A stretch of 64,000 bases of DNA from an uncultured Methylomirabilota bacterium. GTDB taxonomy: Bacteria > Methylomirabilota > Methylomirabilia > Methylomirabilales > 2-02-FULL-66-22. Made by a program: the position numbers and the translations under genes. The notes under the pieces are model-generated. The model was not told the origin of the DNA, made no database searches, and was given only the letters and a program-made list of their open reading frames with translations. The stretch covers positions 2,880,001 to 2,944,000 of the forward strand of contig OY970067.1 in NCBI GenBank assembly GCA_963705305.1. Direction: 5' to 3'. This document shows, in pieces, positions 59,936 to 64,000 of the stretch (the stretch's first letter is position 1; each line of letters starts with the position of its first letter).

Positions 59936-60957
59936 AGAAGTCCGGGGGACCTCCCGCCCGGCGGGGCGTGGCGTTCCTGTGCGAGATGCACCCGCGACAC
60001 CGCCAGCAGCCCGGCGAGGGCATCCCAGCCGGACGTGTGACCGATGGTGTCCAGGGCAGTCAGGGACGCGGCGAGCCCCGGGACGTCCGGCGTTCCCAGG
60101 GCCGCAATGACATCGTGCAGCGGGGCGGACCCCTCGCCACCTCCGGCGCAATCCAGGTGGGCCAGGCTGATGGCGTGCGTCAGGTGCTGCCCCCAATCGA
60201 TCACCTGGGCGGCCAGCCGCCGTGCCAAGAATCCCCAGCCCAGGCTGTGGAGGGCAATCATCGCCCCGCAGAGAAAGTCATCGCCGGACGGGGTGAGGCC
60301 GGGCCCCAACCCGACCAGCGCCCGTACGGCGGAAGGCAGGAACGGCGGAGCGCCACCGCCGCCGGCCATGCTCTCCCCCAGCCATACCTCCAGCGCATGG
60401 ATGCCCGGCACCGCCGCCCGGAGGAGAGGGGAGCATGCCGCCGTGCCCAGCCGCGGCCCGCTCGCAGGCACCGCCAGCGGCAGGAGGAGCGGCCACAGGC
60501 CATTGCGTGGCGGATGGGCCGCCAACCGGGACCGGAGCGCATCCACGCCGCGGGACAGGTATATGCTCTGCCAGCCTGGCGGAGGCGGGGTCGGACGCCA
60601 GCGGGCCGCATCGCGGAAGGTGAAACGGGTCCCCTCCGGGAAGGTCAGCGCAGCCCCGTCGCAGCCCGCGGCCATCCCCGGATGAAGTCCGGCGGCCGGC
60701 CAGTCGGCAGCCGGCGGGATGGCACACAAGACATTGAGGGGACCCCCGCCGAGGGCGGTCGGCCCCAGGCAGATCAGCCGTCCCGCCCCGCTCCGGCAGT
60801 AGAAAGAACGTCGGAACACGGCCAGAACGCTCCAGTGCGTTCCGACACCGAGCGCGCGTCGGGCCGGGTCGCCCAGGAGTGTTACATGGTACATCCGGGG
60901 GGGAGGGGGTTGCCGCCCCGGCGTGCCGCGGGTGTCTGAGCGGATGTTAGGATTCAT
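59932..60957 (-). CDS. DUF2877 (YlbF/AllH-like) protein
   Basis: LVGLGPGLTPSGDDFLCG and IGHTSGWDALAG motifs; start uncertain. Confidence 0.9.
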   Translation of the reverse strand: MNPNIRSDTRGTPGRQPPPPRMYHVTLLGDPARRALGVGTHWSVLAVFRRSFYCRSGAGRLICLGPTALGGGPLNVLCAIPPAADWPAAGLHPGMAAGCDGAALTFPEGTRFTFRDAARWRPTPPPPGWQSIYLSRGVDALRSRLAAHPPRNGLWPLLLPLAVPASGPRLGTAACSPLLRAAVPGIHALEVWLGESMAGGGGAPPFLPSAVRALVGLGPGLTPSGDDFLCGAMIALHSLGWGFLARRLAAQVIDWGQHLTHAISLAHLDCAGGGEGSAPLHDVIAALGTPDVPGLAASLTALDTIGHTSGWDALAGLLAVSRVHLAQERHAPPGGRSPGLL

Positions 60958-61915
60958 CGGGTAAGATGTGCGTCCCCCTCTCTCCGAGCAATGCCGGCAG
61001 CGCCTCGTTCAGGTGCGCGATGATGGCCCGCTGGCCCCCGCCCTCCAGAAAGCGGATGGCGGCCTCGATCTTTGGTCCCATGCTCCCCGCCGGAAACTGG
61101 CCCGCCGCCAGATGCGCGCGCATCTCCGAGGCAGACACCCTCCCCAGGGGGCGCTCCTGCGGGGTGCCGAAGTGAACGGAAACGCGAGGGACGGCCGTCA
61201 GGATCATCATCACCGGAATATGCAGGACGTTGGCCATGAGGGCGGATGTCAGATCCTTGTCGATGACCGCCTCCACCCCGTGGCGAATCTTCTGGGGGTC
61301 GCGGATCACGGGAATGCCGCCGCCGCCCCCTGCGATGACCACCGTGCCTCGCTTGGCCAAGGCCTCGATCAGCGAGATGTCCACGATGTGCCTGGGCCTG
61401 GGCGAGGGGACCACCAGACGCCACCCCCGCCCCGCATCCTCCTGCATGGCCCATCCCAGTTCCTGCGTGAGGGCACGCGCCTCCTCCTCGGTAAAGAAGT
61501 AGCCCACCGGCTTGGTCGGCTGCCGGAAGGCCGGATCGTCGGGATCCACTTCCACCTGGGTAAGGAGACAGACGACGTGCCGCTGGTTGCCCACCTCGCG
61601 CAGGGCGTTCTCGAAGGCCTGCATCAAGAGGTAGGCAATCCCGCCCTGACTGTGGGCGACGCAGATGTCCAGGGACATGGGCACGACCCGGTCCCGGGCG
61701 AGAGCCTGCCGCATGAGGATCTTGCCGACGACCGGGCCGTTCCCGTGCGTCACGATCAGCTCGTTGTCCAGCTCCATCAAGGGGAGGAGGGCGCGACCCG
61801 TCGCGGCGGCCAGGTGCGCCTGCTCCTCGGCCGAGCCCCGGGTGTCCGCCGGATGGATGGCGTTTCCCCCGATGGCGACCAACAGGCGGCGCGGCAGGCT
61901 CGGCAGATCGCTCAC
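60947..61915 (-). CDS. arcC: Carbamate kinase
   Basis: VAIGGNA, THGNGP, PTKPVG, VVPSP, GGGGIPV, EAVIDKD, GSMGPK. Confidence 0.95.
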   Translation of the reverse strand: MSDLPSLPRRLLVAIGGNAIHPADTRGSAEEQAHLAAATGRALLPLMELDNELIVTHGNGPVVGKILMRQALARDRVVPMSLDICVAHSQGGIAYLLMQAFENALREVGNQRHVVCLLTQVEVDPDDPAFRQPTKPVGYFFTEEEARALTQELGWAMQEDAGRGWRLVVPSPRPRHIVDISLIEALAKRGTVVIAGGGGGIPVIRDPQKIRHGVEAVIDKDLTSALMANVLHIPVMMILTAVPRVSVHFGTPQERPLGRVSASEMRAHLAAGQFPAGSMGPKIEAAIRFLEGGGQRAIIAHLNEALPALLGERGTHILPDES

Positions 61916-62808
61916 GGCTCCCGTCCTGGACAGGGGTTCGGCGCGGTACCGGAGGTCCCGCCGGCCTGCGCGGGGTGGCACGGCCAACAGCCGGCCTCGA
62001 CGGCAGTGAGGAAGTCCAGGAGTGTCCGGTTGAAGAGGTCGGGCTCCTCCAGATTGATGGTGTGTCCGGAATTCGGGAAGACGGCCAGCCCGGCCCCCGG
62101 GATCGTCCGCTTCAGGAAGAGGCTCGGCTCCAGGGCGGGCTCGTCTTCGTCCCCGACCAGGATCAGGGTCGGCACACGCAGCGCGGCAAGCTGCGGCTCG
62201 AGGTCGTACACGGAAGGCCGCCGGGCTTGGATCCCCAGCAGCGTGTGGGTGCGGCCGACCGGAGAGCCTGCCGCCAGCCAGTCGTGGAACTCCCGCCAGC
62301 CGTCCGGGTCCTTGCGCAGGAATTGCAGGCGGGCGGGCCCCTGTGCATACGCGTCGGCAACCCGGGCCATTCCGTCCTCCAGCAGGCGCTGGGCCACCCC
62401 TGCCATGGCCTCCCGGAACCCGGCGCGGTCGGCGCCGCTCCCGTAGCCGCAGCCGGCCACCGTCAAGGACAGGGCCCGCTCCGGGTAGGCCAGGCCGAAG
62501 AGCAGGGTGGTGAAGGATCCCATGGAGAGGCCGCAGATGTGCGCTGCGGGGATTGCCAGACAATCCAGGAGGCCCCGGAGGTCCTGTACGGCCAGCTCCT
62601 GCGAATATGCCGCCGGATCGTCCGGGACCGCCGAGGGAGGGTACCCCCGGGCGTTGTAGGCGACGGCGCGGAAGCGGCGGGCCAGGAAGCGGACCTGGGG
62701 CCGCCAGCTCCGGCAGTCGCCGCCGAATTCGTGGACAAACACCAGCGGGGGTCCGGCCCCCCATGTGTCGTAATAGAGCCCGAGACCGTTGATCGTGGCG
62801 TGCGGCAT
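61912..62808 (-). CDS. Alpha/beta hydrolase
   Basis: FVHEFGG, ARGYPPS, GLSMG elbow, GDED, GHTINLE. Confidence 0.9.
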   Translation of the reverse strand: MPHATINGLGLYYDTWGAGPPLVFVHEFGGDCRSWRPQVRFLARRFRAVAYNARGYPPSAVPDDPAAYSQELAVQDLRGLLDCLAIPAAHICGLSMGSFTTLLFGLAYPERALSLTVAGCGYGSGADRAGFREAMAGVAQRLLEDGMARVADAYAQGPARLQFLRKDPDGWREFHDWLAAGSPVGRTHTLLGIQARRPSVYDLEPQLAALRVPTLILVGDEDEPALEPSLFLKRTIPGAGLAVFPNSGHTINLEEPDLFNRTLLDFLTAVEAGCWPCHPAQAGGTSGTAPNPCPGREP

Positions 62809-63011
62809 GCTCGCTCCCGAAAAAGGCGGAAAGGCTGGAAACCTGCCGCGCCCCTGCCAGGCGCCGCTTCGGAAAGCCTCATAATACCAGCCTCCGCCGC
62901 GGGGGTGTCAACCCCAATCCGGCGGGGAATTGCATTGCTGCCCCTCTGGTTCGTCTGCTAAGATAAACGGGCTTTTAGGTCGTCCCAAACCGAAAGGACG
63001 GGCATTCCCGT

Positions 63012-64000
<989 letters not shown>

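Noticed and set aside
60947..62764. 605-aa carbamate kinase with long N-terminal extension
   Set aside because: The extension is an alternate frame of the hydrolase; the GTG at 61915 gives a normal-size enzyme

Overview
High-GC bacterial chromosomal window, almost entirely coding on the + strand. Gene content and style suggest a Gram-negative lineage such as Methylomirabilota/NC10 or a deltaproteobacterium-like group (inference only). From left to right it contains: the 3' end of ppc; small accessory genes (SYLF protein, DUF2231, a fluoroacetate dehalogenase-type hydrolase, PrpF); a complete dcw cluster from mraZ to ftsZ; a radical SAM gene with pgeF; msrPQ; tenA; an aldo/keto reductase; an Fe3+/thiamine-class ABC transporter; ilvD; a PpiC-TPR protein; a catabolic island (MmgE/PrpD, GntR, ferredoxin, MoaD, tungsten AOR, enoyl-CoA hydratase, TRAP transporter, Zn dehydrogenase); an AlkZ-like gene; a HEAT lipoprotein; rlpA; an M23 peptidase; a minus-strand operon of hydrolase, carbamate kinase, DUF2877 and FdrA; and the 5' part of secA. 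Six observations stand out. (1) Canonical murF and ddl are replaced inside dcw by a three-gene cassette of alpha/beta-hydrolase, membrane-anchored divergent MurF and Ddl. (2) A small basic ORF and a STAS protein lacking the usual phospho-Ser sit between mraZ and rsmH. (3) Four independent +1 frameshifts all lie at the same motif, GACGTC read as GACGTTC, probably a methylation-linked sequencing artefact. (4) Two copies of a CTAG-flanked MITE are present. (5) The allF/allH/allK-like operon lacks allG. (6) Several decayed gene relics are scattered through the accessory regions. No rRNA, tRNA, CRISPR array or transposase was recognised.
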